DNA of 64,000 bases, from sequence record NC_061445.1; one strand, 5' to 3'. The position numbers and the translations under genes are program-made. Of the stretch, positions 1 to 7,924 are shown piece by piece (position 1 is the first letter of the stretch; every line of letters starts with the position of its first letter). A model generated the notes under the pieces. That model was not told where the DNA came from, ran no database searches, and was given only the letters and a program-made list of their open reading frames with translations.

Positions 1-762
1 CATTCCCCATGTAGGAGCAGACACGCCGGGAGTACCACCAGTGATAGGATGATACAGGTTTTGTGTGCCCCAGTAGATAGAGAAGAAAGTGCCGCCTGAG
101 TTGTTGAAGTTGATATTCCTGTATGTGACTGCGTACTGCAACCTGTTGGCTGGAATGCCGTTGGCACCCATAACAATGTTACCGTTGCTCGACCATGAAT
201 ACGAAGGACCAGCGACGTTAGTGAACGAGTCCAATGTCTCAGGGTACACGAATACGCCCATATTGGTTGTATACATGTTGTTGCCCTGTTGACCGTTAAG
301 CTGACCGTTAGCAAGAATATTCAGTGTTCGGTCTATACCATAAGCAGCTCTCGCTTGCGGCACACTCTCACCCGTTGGCACAGTAATCATACCTAGGGGA
401 TCACTCAGATTGAGAGCAAACTGACGTTCCATGTATCGGTAGCTGGGCACTGTCGGTTGATTCACAGGAGCGAGTGTTCCTGATACTGTACCGTTATTGC
501 TGGCATACGTGTGGCTAACCAAACGTGTATGTAACCAGCGACGTGTACCATCAGCACTGACACCGGCTGCTGGGTTAAGCGGGATCTCTCCGTTTGTCGG
601 ATAGTCTCTGGCGCTCGTCACAGATTTTTCAGCACACAACTTAACGAAACTGTTCCATGTCAAAGTACCCATGTCTGGCTTAGGCGTGGACGCTTCGAAC
701 AGGAACAGGCTTCGTTCTATCATATGCTTTTGAGCGGTGCGTCTTGACGGCACAAAAAGCAT
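1..762 (-). CDS. Putative virion structural/fibre protein, truncated by the left window edge (MLFVPSRRTAQKHMIERSLFLFEAS...)
   Basis: Hand translation shows an open frame from ATG 762 to base 1, with AGGTGG just upstream. It is absent from the ORF track because no stop codon falls in the window. G/N/T-rich composition resembles fibre proteins. Confidence 0.7.
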   Translation of the reverse strand, partial: MLFVPSRRTAQKHMIERSLFLFEASTPKPDMGTLTWNSFVKLCAEKSVTSARDYPTNGEIPLNPAAGVSADGTRRWLHTRLVSHTYASNNGTVSGTLAPVNQPTVPSYRYMERQFALNLSDPLGMITVPTGESVPQARAAYGIDRTLNILANGQLNGQQGNNMYTTNMGVFVYPETLDSFTNVAGPSYSWSSNGNIVMGANGIPANRLQYAVTYRNINFNNSGGTFFSIYWGTQNLYHPITGGTPGVSAPTWGM

Positions 763-774
763 ATGCCACCTACC

Positions 775-1371
775 TTAGTACAGGATGACAGTACCAGACT
801 GCGCACTATCGAACGTGATGGTGAGCTGGCTGTTGCTGTCATGTACGATTGACTTAGGTTGGACCTCTTCCGTACCCTGATAGATGCGCACCGCTGGGTG
901 ATAGCCGAGGTTGTGAGTAACAACCCATACAGCTTCATCAGTGAATGATGTGGTGAACGCTACGGTAGGAGTAGGCAGACCGCTTTCGATACCAGACAGA
1001 AGCACAGCGGTACCGGCAACGGGTTCAGGGAACAGCACGATAGTCGTGTTTGCATCCTGAGCTTTGATGGAGGAAGGCTGAACCACTTCGCCGTTCTCGT
1101 CGTAGCACTGCACGATAGGCGTAGCAGTATTCATGTTGTGCGCGATTTCCCAGCGAGACGACGCAGATGCCTGAGCATAACGGTACATCGTCATTTGCTG
1201 CGTCAGTGGCACCCAGATTGGCAGAGTTTCGAACTCAACACAGAACATAAGACGCTTGTCCATGAAGATTGCCATGCCGGGCTGCGGGTTCTCAGGCCAG
1301 TCAGTTACTTCTGCGAACTTAAAGTTCTTGATTGAGCCGAACGCTAAGTCTAAGCTCCCGATGACTTTCAT
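775..1371 (-). CDS. Virion structural protein (198 aa) with two copies of a ~60 aa W-x-I-x-H-N-x-G module
   Basis: The track ORF is 775-1413; the start was moved to MKVIG (1371), which has an AGGAG RBS. The module is shared with the 543 aa and 274 aa proteins. Confidence 0.75.
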   Translation of the reverse strand: MKVIGSLDLAFGSIKNFKFAEVTDWPENPQPGMAIFMDKRLMFCVEFETLPIWVPLTQQMTMYRYAQASASSRWEIAHNMNTATPIVQCYDENGEVVQPSSIKAQDANTTIVLFPEPVAGTAVLLSGIESGLPTPTVAFTTSFTDEAVWVVTHNLGYHPAVRIYQGTEEVQPKSIVHDSNSQLTITFDSAQSGTVILY

Positions 1372-1390
1372 AAATCTTCTCCTGAAAGGT

Positions 1391-1418
1391 AAAAAGGGCA
1401 GGCAGATGCCCACCCTTT
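1391..1418 (-). terminator. Rho-independent terminator
   Basis: Minus strand GGGTGGGC-ATCT-GCCTGCCC-TTTTT in the intergenic gap. Confidence 0.75.
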
Positions 1419-1439
1419 ATTTTATGCTACTGAGTCGAA

Positions 1440-3065
1440 TTACTCTGCTGGCGCAACGTAGGCGTTAGCACCAGTCACGAATGCAATTGCGACTTTCTTA
1501 GCAGTGGTCAGCTCAACGCGCAGGCTGTTAGCGTCGATGAACACGATCTCATCAGGAATGATCTGATAACCGGTGTCGTCAACAACAGTAACGGTACCGT
1601 ACTTCACGCCAGCGTTGTGGGTGAAGGTGTGCGCTGTAGCAGCAACATCACCGCTAGCGGTTTTGTCGTACTGGTACAGTTTAGCAGCGGAGCCGCCAGC
1701 AGAAGCTGCGATTGTATCAACAACGAACTTCTTGCTTACCGCAGAGTTGTCTGTGTAGTCTGCGCTATCACCGGTCAGGGTGATTTCAGCAACAGAGCCA
1801 CCGGTCGCGTCGATGAAGCCGCCAGCAGTTTTAACCGCTGCAACGTCAACAGCGATTTTGCTATTGGTAGTGTCCTGTTTCAGGCCATCACCCAGAGCGG
1901 CAGCAGCAATCTGGTCGTAACCAACGCCACCAGCAGCAATTGCCAGACCATCAACAGAACGTGCCAGAGTAGCGCCGTCCAGTTTCACGCGGGTAGAACC
2001 TGCGTTATCTTCCAGGCCACCAGCAGAATCCAGCTTCGCAGTCACAGCGTTAGAGGTGATCTGAATACCAGCACCAACAACGACGTTAACAACGTTACCA
2101 GATTTGTTCAGACCGTCACCGGCGTTGAACTCAGAAGCACCGCCGAAGGTAGTCCAAACAGTGCCGTCAAAGCGACGATACTCTTTGATATCTTTGATCC
2201 ACGTTACAGCGCCGCCAGCTTCGCTGTCAGTTGGGTCGAACACGATCTTGAACGCAGTACCATCGTAGCGCACGATCATGTTATCAACCAGACCGGTGAT
2301 GCTGCCGAAGTTCGGGTTGATCTGGTCAGCAGCCAGAATCAGGTACTGCTTGCCAGCTACCAGCTCTGGGTCAAGAGTGCCGTCCTGCTGGATAGCGTCA
2401 GAATCGTGCAGCCAGTCGATGCCAGCAATCGCGTTCTCGATATCGATCTTACGAGCAGCGTCGTTCGGGTTAGCTGGTGCAGCCAGGTTAGCAACGGTAT
2501 TACCGTTAGCGTCGAGGTCACCAGTCAGTTGGCCGTTAGCCGCGTTCAGCTTACTGCCCAGAGCAGTTTCGTTCGCGTTAGCTTTGTTGCTAACAGCAGT
2601 GATCTGAGACTGGATGTTTGAGCTTGCGCCAGACAGATAGCCCAGTTCAGCAGCAGTGACGTTAGAGGTTTGCAGTTCGCTGTCAGCGCCCGCGATAACA
2701 ACGCCGTTCTCGGTCAGGCCGGTGATTTTGTCTTGCTTGGTAGCAACAACGGTTTCAACGTGTTTCTTAGAAACAGCAGCGTTGTCAGCAGAAGCAGACT
2801 GGTCGGGGCCGGACAGTTCGAGGTCAGCGGTCATCGCCACGGTACCGTCTGCGAGGATAACGCCTTCTACAGAACCACCGCCAGTGCCGAACTCTTTGAT
2901 TGCAGTACCGTCGAAGAATTTGTACTTCTTATCGGTGCTGTTATACCAGATACGCGCTTCTTGTGATGCGACCAGATCGCCAACCTGTGGGTCAGTTGCC
3001 AGAACTTCTGGGCGGAAGTTCTTGATCTGTGCGCCTAACATTAATTCAAGATTACCAGTACGCAT
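1440..3065 (-). CDS. Tail fibre/whisker-like structural protein (~541 aa)
   Basis: The track ORF starts at 3071; AGGAG spacing favours ATG 3065. It carries fibre-type motifs (LAAPANPNDAARKID, AGDGL repeats), a coiled-coil segment and the C-terminal shared HN-x-G module. Confidence 0.75.
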   Translation of the reverse strand: MRTGNLELMLGAQIKNFRPEVLATDPQVGDLVASQEARIWYNSTDKKYKFFDGTAIKEFGTGGGSVEGVILADGTVAMTADLELSGPDQSASADNAAVSKKHVETVVATKQDKITGLTENGVVIAGADSELQTSNVTAAELGYLSGASSNIQSQITAVSNKANANETALGSKLNAANGQLTGDLDANGNTVANLAAPANPNDAARKIDIENAIAGIDWLHDSDAIQQDGTLDPELVAGKQYLILAADQINPNFGSITGLVDNMIVRYDGTAFKIVFDPTDSEAGGAVTWIKDIKEYRRFDGTVWTTFGGASEFNAGDGLNKSGNVVNVVVGAGIQITSNAVTAKLDSAGGLEDNAGSTRVKLDGATLARSVDGLAIAAGGVGYDQIAAAALGDGLKQDTTNSKIAVDVAAVKTAGGFIDATGGSVAEITLTGDSADYTDNSAVSKKFVVDTIAASAGGSAAKLYQYDKTASGDVAATAHTFTHNAGVKYGTVTVVDDTGYQIIPDEIVFIDANSLRVELTTAKKVAIAFVTGANAYVAPAE

Positions 3066-3089
3066 TGTCATTCTCCTGAGTGCGTGGGA

Positions 3090-3833
3090 TTAGAAGAAGT
3101 TACTCTCGCAGTCGTCAAGGCTGCAACGCAGTGCTTGATATGCAGTGATTCGTTCTTCCGTTAGATTGATATACTTATCATCAATATTGTACTTCACTCT
3201 GACAGGCACATCGTACCCGTCGAGTAGGCCGTGTCGTTGATACACTTCAAGGCGAAGTACCGGTGCGCTGACCTGTCCGTGTTCCATGATGTTCAGGTCA
3301 ATTTTGTCGGCGTAGATGAACGGACGCTCTCGCTTACACATGATGTAATCTATCTCATGCAAATTAAAGAGTGTGAAATTCATATAGCCAATAATGAACT
3401 CCGCAATCAGCCTGAATGTCTCCGACATGTCAGACCGAAACTGTTGTGTGAGAATCAGGTCAACGTGCGGTCGTATCGCTACGCGCATGTCATACCAACT
3501 CTCACAGAACAGCGCTGGGAAGTCTTCCGGGTGATGGGCCATAAGACCCAACACATCGTTTTCCGTATCTGCGAAAGAGCTTAGGATCTCAGTGGCATCC
3601 TCATCTGTCTGAATGCCACAACCAGTTGAAATAAAACGACGCTCAATGTCTCTCAACCAAGACTCTGATGCAGATAGGTATTGAAGCAGTGTTTCTCGTG
3701 CGGCAGCCGTGAACTCATGCCTGTTAGAGTCAAGGACTTCTCCAAGCATAAAGGCTTTCGCTTTGTAGAAATCACTATAGCGTTCGGCAGTAAATCGTCT
3801 GAACCCTATGTTATTCTTCAAATAGCCCATCAT
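3090..3833 (-). CDS. Hypothetical protein (247 aa, predicted helical, cytoplasmic)
   Basis: Long ORF; ATGA overlap with the upstream gene. Confidence 0.7.
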   Translation of the reverse strand: MMGYLKNNIGFRRFTAERYSDFYKAKAFMLGEVLDSNRHEFTAAARETLLQYLSASESWLRDIERRFISTGCGIQTDEDATEILSSFADTENDVLGLMAHHPEDFPALFCESWYDMRVAIRPHVDLILTQQFRSDMSETFRLIAEFIIGYMNFTLFNLHEIDYIMCKRERPFIYADKIDLNIMEHGQVSAPVLRLEVYQRHGLLDGYDVPVRVKYNIDDKYINLTEERITAYQALRCSLDDCESNFF

Positions 3834-4348
3834 CGCAATGCCCTCAAATCATTCAACTCCGTGTTGCCTTGAGCATTCGGGGTTGTATAAAGAGAACTGG
3901 ATATGCTCTGCAATCGCAGACCGAGCTTCTCAAGTTCCTGCTGGTTCCCGCCCAACTTATCAAGCACTTCGCGCATAAGGTCGACTGAGCTTTGATGGTC
4001 ACGGGACTGCTGAGAGATGATACGTTCAAAGCGCTGCATCGCACGAAGAACAGAGTTCAAGCCCTCTTTCATATCCAAATTATCGACTGGCGCGGAGTCG
4101 GAGATTGCTTGAATCATCCGCATCATTTGCGCCAAGTCGGCTTGCAGCAGACCATCATCTGGATTGATAGTGGCCGCTGCTGCTTCCAGCTCTGCGTTCC
4201 GCGACTTCAACTGCTCCAGCTCCTCAAGCTGAGGAAGCAGTTTCAACCAAACGTAGGCACCGCCCGCGATTAGTAGAACAACAGAGAAGACAGTCGCGTA
4301 GTTGGACGCAAGCAACTTGTCTAAAATATCCGCCCACATTATATTCAA
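3830..4348 (-). CDS. Membrane-anchored coiled-coil protein (172 aa)
   Basis: N-terminal hydrophobic helix YATVFSVVLLIAGGAYVWL followed by heptad-rich sequence; ATGA coupling on both sides. Confidence 0.7.
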   Translation of the reverse strand: MNIMWADILDKLLASNYATVFSVVLLIAGGAYVWLKLLPQLEELEQLKSRNAELEAAAATINPDDGLLQADLAQMMRMIQAISDSAPVDNLDMKEGLNSVLRAMQRFERIISQQSRDHQSSVDLMREVLDKLGGNQQELEKLGLRLQSISSSLYTTPNAQGNTELNDLRALR

Positions 4349-4629
4349 CCCTTACAGGTGTTATCGTTCAGGTCGACGATGACCCGTTCGGCACCTGGTT
4401 CGTTTACGTCAGTGGTTTTGTACGTGTGCGCCATCCGAGGCTTGAACTCTAAGCAGCTTTGCCCGTAACGACCATCGACAACACAAATGGCCGACAAGCA
4501 ACTGACATCTTCCTTGAGAATTAAGTTTTCAGGAGATTGGTTAACACTCCTAACAGCAGTGATCACGAAACCCACCACAGCGAGAGAAATGACAACCACA
4601 ATGGCAATCCTAATTCGCTTGGCTTGCAT
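4345..4629 (-). CDS. Small membrane-anchored Cys-containing protein (94 aa)
   Basis: Basic N-terminus, TM helix IAIVVVISLAVVGFVITAV, and four Cys in the soluble part; GAGG RBS. Confidence 0.7.
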   Translation of the reverse strand: MQAKRIRIAIVVVISLAVVGFVITAVRSVNQSPENLILKEDVSCLSAICVVDGRYGQSCLEFKPRMAHTYKTTDVNEPGAERVIVDLNDNTCKG

Positions 4630-4664
4630 TTCGGTTTCTACCTCATGGTCCTTTTATATGACTG

Positions 4665-4672
4665 AAATTAGC
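4665..4672 (-). promoter_or_regulatory. Putative late-promoter motif GCTAATTT
   Basis: Intergenic copy of an 8-mer that recurs shortly upstream of several structural operon starts. Confidence 0.5.
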
Positions 4673-4693
4673 GAACCACTTGAATAAAGGAGG

Positions 4694-5719
4694 TCATTCC
4701 TCCAATACTCCGCTAATCTCCGAGAACATATTTTTGTACACTAAGGAACCATCTAGCTTGTCCAGTCTATCAACGAGAACATACAGTCTGGGTGACGTGC
4801 GGATATTAGCCCACGTCTTCTCATTACGGTCAAGTCCACCAAGCATCGGGACAATGACTATGCTGAGATTTTTGTTTGCCCTGACAAAGCCTACGTCAAT
4901 GTGCTTCCTGTTTATACTTCTGAACAGCCTGTTGATTGCGTCCAAACCCACAGGCCGATTAAATTCCGTATCACTGACTGTATTGACTAAGCTGATGAGT
5001 ATCCCTTTGTCCTTACCCTCGATCTCAAACAACGCAGCTTTCAGGTCAGCAACCGTCGAAGCGGAGAAGTATGAAACATCGTGGTTATAGTCCTTGAGAC
5101 AACTGCCAAGCGCACGGGCAGATTCGATATGCGCAGCATTGTCATCTCTAAGGATATACACAGGAGCGTCTGCTTGGTAAGTCCGAGCAGTCATGAGATT
5201 GATAAGATCACAAGAGGGCTTGCCTACTGTGGCTAAGCCCTTATTTGCAATGAAAAACTTATCTTTATACACATCGTAAATGTTTGGTGGCATGTACTTC
5301 ATGTAATCATCGTCCAGACTAAGAATCATTCGAGGCTTAGTTAACTGGACGACGAGTTGCATACTACGAAGCGATGCCCTATATTCCGTATCAGACAGAA
5401 CTCGACTAATCGGAAGGTATTGTACGACAACGAATCGGTCATCAATCGAATCGACAACCGAACGTATGAGCGTACTGCCTAGCGATGGTCCGGCAGAGAA
5501 TTGGGTAACGAGCATCAAGCTATCTTCAACTAAGCCTTTAGACTCTGACAGCGTGATACCGTTACCCGTTTGCTTTACCGAACGCTCCCACGTTATTGTG
5601 GGGTCGTCTCGCTGATCGGCATGTACATCAATTGCGCTACACCAGAGACAGGCTCCAAGAATGTAAGCAGCAATACGTTGTCTGGATCTGCTTCTGCCGG
5701 GTTGACGGTTTCCGGCCAT
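4694..5719 (-). CDS. Exported/lipoprotein-like protein with an ABC-substrate-binding (periplasmic-binding) type signature (341 aa)
   Basis: AGAGGAG RBS before ATG 5719 and a possible lipobox (ILGAC). VVQYLP...KPRMILSLDDD...FIANKG resembles ABC_sub_bind sensor domains. Confidence 0.55.
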   Translation of the reverse strand: MAGNRQPGRSRSRQRIAAYILGACLWCSAIDVHADQRDDPTITWERSVKQTGNGITLSESKGLVEDSLMLVTQFSAGPSLGSTLIRSVVDSIDDRFVVVQYLPISRVLSDTEYRASLRSMQLVVQLTKPRMILSLDDDYMKYMPPNIYDVYKDKFFIANKGLATVGKPSCDLINLMTARTYQADAPVYILRDDNAAHIESARALGSCLKDYNHDVSYFSASTVADLKAALFEIEGKDKGILISLVNTVSDTEFNRPVGLDAINRLFRSINRKHIDVGFVRANKNLSIVIVPMLGGLDRNEKTWANIRTSPRLYVLVDRLDKLDGSLVYKNMFSEISGVLEE

Positions 5720-6417
5720 AGGACTTCTCCTCTCTCGTCAGTGACGTAAGGAATGCCTGCCCCTTTGCCCAATCCATGACGCAAAGCCCATACTGTGTCG
5801 GCATTCTCTTGCACAAACACAAGCCCTTTAACCGTTGCCTCGCCAGTCGCGTTTTCCAGTGCAGTGACGCGCGAAGTAAGTAACTGTGCGTCAGACTGAA
5901 TAGTTCGAATCGCAGCGAGGTTCGAGTTAACGCGCTGGTTCATGTTGTTAAACATGGTGAAGAACGAGTTGTTCATCGCCGTGCGAACGCCGTCCGTATA
6001 GGACTTAGGAATCAGCTCATCGTTGTCAAACGTTGTCACGCCTGTACGAACGAGAACTTTACCGGTAAGACGTCCACCACTTGCGCTGATAATCTGAGGC
6101 GCTGGCAAATCAGCTTCGTCCCAGACTTGAACAGTGGTCATCACCGTGTTGTAGTCAGTCTCTTCCTGCCACGTATTTTTGTACGGAGCAGTAGCAGTCT
6201 TAGACTTACGGCGCAGAACTTTTTTATAGTTAGCGCTCGTGCCGTCTGCGATAATCCAGAGACCGTTCAGTGGAAAGACATGCGTAACAGGCTCGGCGAA
6301 CGCTAAGATGATCATAACGTCTGCGCTTACCTTGTACACGATATTGTTCGACGCTGACAGACCTTGCTGCTGGGCAAGACTAATCAACGTGTCCACGTAG
6401 TTAGTCAACTGGCTCAT
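5593..6417 (-). CDS. Virion structural protein (274 aa) with a coiled coil and the C-terminal shared HN-x-G-like module
   Basis: ORF track; the C-terminus WALRHGLG..PYVTDERGEVLWPETV...LLTF..PVSG matches the module in neighbouring genes. Confidence 0.75.
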   Translation of the reverse strand: MSQLTNYVDTLISLAQQQGLSASNNIVYKVSADVMIILAFAEPVTHVFPLNGLWIIADGTSANYKKVLRRKSKTATAPYKNTWQEETDYNTVMTTVQVWDEADLPAPQIISASGGRLTGKVLVRTGVTTFDNDELIPKSYTDGVRTAMNNSFFTMFNNMNQRVNSNLAAIRTIQSDAQLLTSRVTALENATGEATVKGLVFVQENADTVWALRHGLGKGAGIPYVTDERGEVLWPETVNPAEADPDNVLLLTFLEPVSGVAQLMYMPISETTPQ

Positions 6418-6886
6418 CCGAGACTCCTAACGTTTTAAGAAGGGTAGAACTTGAATCGGAGAAGGCCTTAGCAATAAGTTTGGCAGCAGCCTTATCGACG
6501 ACGAGAGTGCTGATACGCCCTTTTGTATTGCACACGATAGTCTGTGGCGAATACTGCGCGAGAGCAAGGGCGAATAGCAGATGATTACCCAAGTCACCAG
6601 AGATACTCACTTCAACGTCCAGTTCAGGCACGTAGACATTCTGGTTAATTGTGGCAACAAACTGCGCCAGCACTTCCGGGTCGTGCTCAGGAGGCGCTGT
6701 ATCATATCCTGCTACAAGATCAATCTGACCAGTAGCAGGGTCGTATGCGAAAGCTGATGGGTCACCGAGGATGCGACTGAATAGCTCGTCACTTACCTCG
6801 ATGCAGTCATCGTCTGTCTTCTCACGCACACGGCCGACAATCGAGTTATCGGCACGGTTGATTCTGATAATCGGCATATTAATCAC
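6401..6886 (-). CDS. Putative tail fibre assembly/chaperone-like protein (161 aa)
   Basis: Position directly after a fibre gene, size, and overlapping starts and stops. Confidence 0.55.
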   Translation of the reverse strand: MINMPIIRINRADNSIVGRVREKTDDDCIEVSDELFSRILGDPSAFAYDPATGQIDLVAGYDTAPPEHDPEVLAQFVATINQNVYVPELDVEVSISGDLGNHLLFALALAQYSPQTIVCNTKGRISTLVVDKAAAKLIAKAFSDSSSTLLKTLGVSDEPVD

Positions 6887-7700
6887 CTACCGCTGTGTAC
6901 CAGAAGTCCCAGCCAGCAGTGTTAGTGCCAGTAGACTTAATGGTGAAGCCACCTAACAAGGCGTTCTCATTCATCGCGCTAGTACCATCCAAGTTGTAGA
7001 GCGTGTATGTCTTCGCTTGGTTGAGTGCCGCATTCACAAACGTAATCTGAATGCTGATACAGCGGTTGATGAATGCCGTGTTAAACACAACGTGAATTGT
7101 GTCTGTGGTTGATGCGTTCACGACTCGACCCATGTTATGAGTAAAGCCAGTGTTCATATCACGGTTGCTGCCAACCCATGCGTTAGGGATAACAGCACCA
7201 GTCACAGGGTTCAGTGCTTGCGATACACGATACTCGTCGATAGCAGCATCACGACCTGGGCTACCGGTAGGACCAGTAGCGCCAGTAGGCCCAACAGCGC
7301 CTGTGTTGCCAGTAGCGCCTACAGGACCCGTGTTGCCAGTAGGACCGTTGCGGCCACGCGGACCACGAGGGCCCGGGCAACCGTCTTCACCGTCACGGCC
7401 ATCGCGTCCGTCAGCTCCGGGAAGACCGCGTAAGCCTTCTTTACCCTGCTTACCTTCGCGGCCAGATTTAAGCTGGTCAGCAGTGGGAAGACCTAGAACG
7501 TTTGATTGACTACCGTCAGGCCAGATGATCGTTAGCGTACCGGTAGTCGTATCGAACTGCGCACCCTGAGAGCCGGGAATCTTTGCAGCTTCTGCTGGGT
7601 CGATAAACGCAACAGCAGTGGCCGTCTTCTTACCTAACACTTTACCAATGGGGTCAGTGCCACCGTCGATAAGTGCAGGATTAATCTTCGTAAGAGACAT
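6879..7700 (-). CDS. Collagen-like fibre protein with a C-terminal gp53/H-lectin-like tip domain (273 aa)
   Basis: About 26 G-X-Y triplets; C-terminal VVFNTAFINRCISIQIT...FWYTAVG. Confidence 0.8.
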   Translation of the reverse strand: MSLTKINPALIDGGTDPIGKVLGKKTATAVAFIDPAEAAKIPGSQGAQFDTTTGTLTIIWPDGSQSNVLGLPTADQLKSGREGKQGKEGLRGLPGADGRDGRDGEDGCPGPRGPRGRNGPTGNTGPVGATGNTGAVGPTGATGPTGSPGRDAAIDEYRVSQALNPVTGAVIPNAWVGSNRDMNTGFTHNMGRVVNASTTDTIHVVFNTAFINRCISIQITFVNAALNQAKTYTLYNLDGTSAMNENALLGGFTIKSTGTNTAGWDFWYTAVGD

Positions 7701-7711
7701 GGGCTAAACTC

Positions 7712-7915
7712 CTAACCAGTCAGTGTTGTCCAATCAGGTTGTCCCGATTGTCCGGCTTCTGGGTTTTTGACTTTCGTGTTATTGACAGTCATACGAATCC
7801 AACGCACACTGCCGTCAGAATCTTGCCACCGGACTTTCGTTCCACCGTATGCTAAATTAGCTACCCATCTGTCTCTGCTCGGGTCTTTGAATGCTAAACG
7901 TGCATAAGCTGGCAT
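7712..7915 (-). CDS. Small Trp-rich structural/adaptor protein (67 aa)
   Basis: GGAG RBS; resembles the N-terminus of the 674 aa protein. Confidence 0.6.
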   Translation of the reverse strand: MPAYARLAFKDPSRDRWVANLAYGGTKVRWQDSDGSVRWIRMTVNNTKVKNPEAGQSGQPDWTTLTG

Positions 7916-7924
7916 AAGCTCTCC

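Noticed and set aside
1617-2621. Long antisense ORFs (also 15744-16688, 26099-27211, 41877-43190, 45288-45833, 47503-48162)
   Set aside because: They are mirror frames of strongly codon-biased minus-strand genes, with no RBS and no recognisable motifs.
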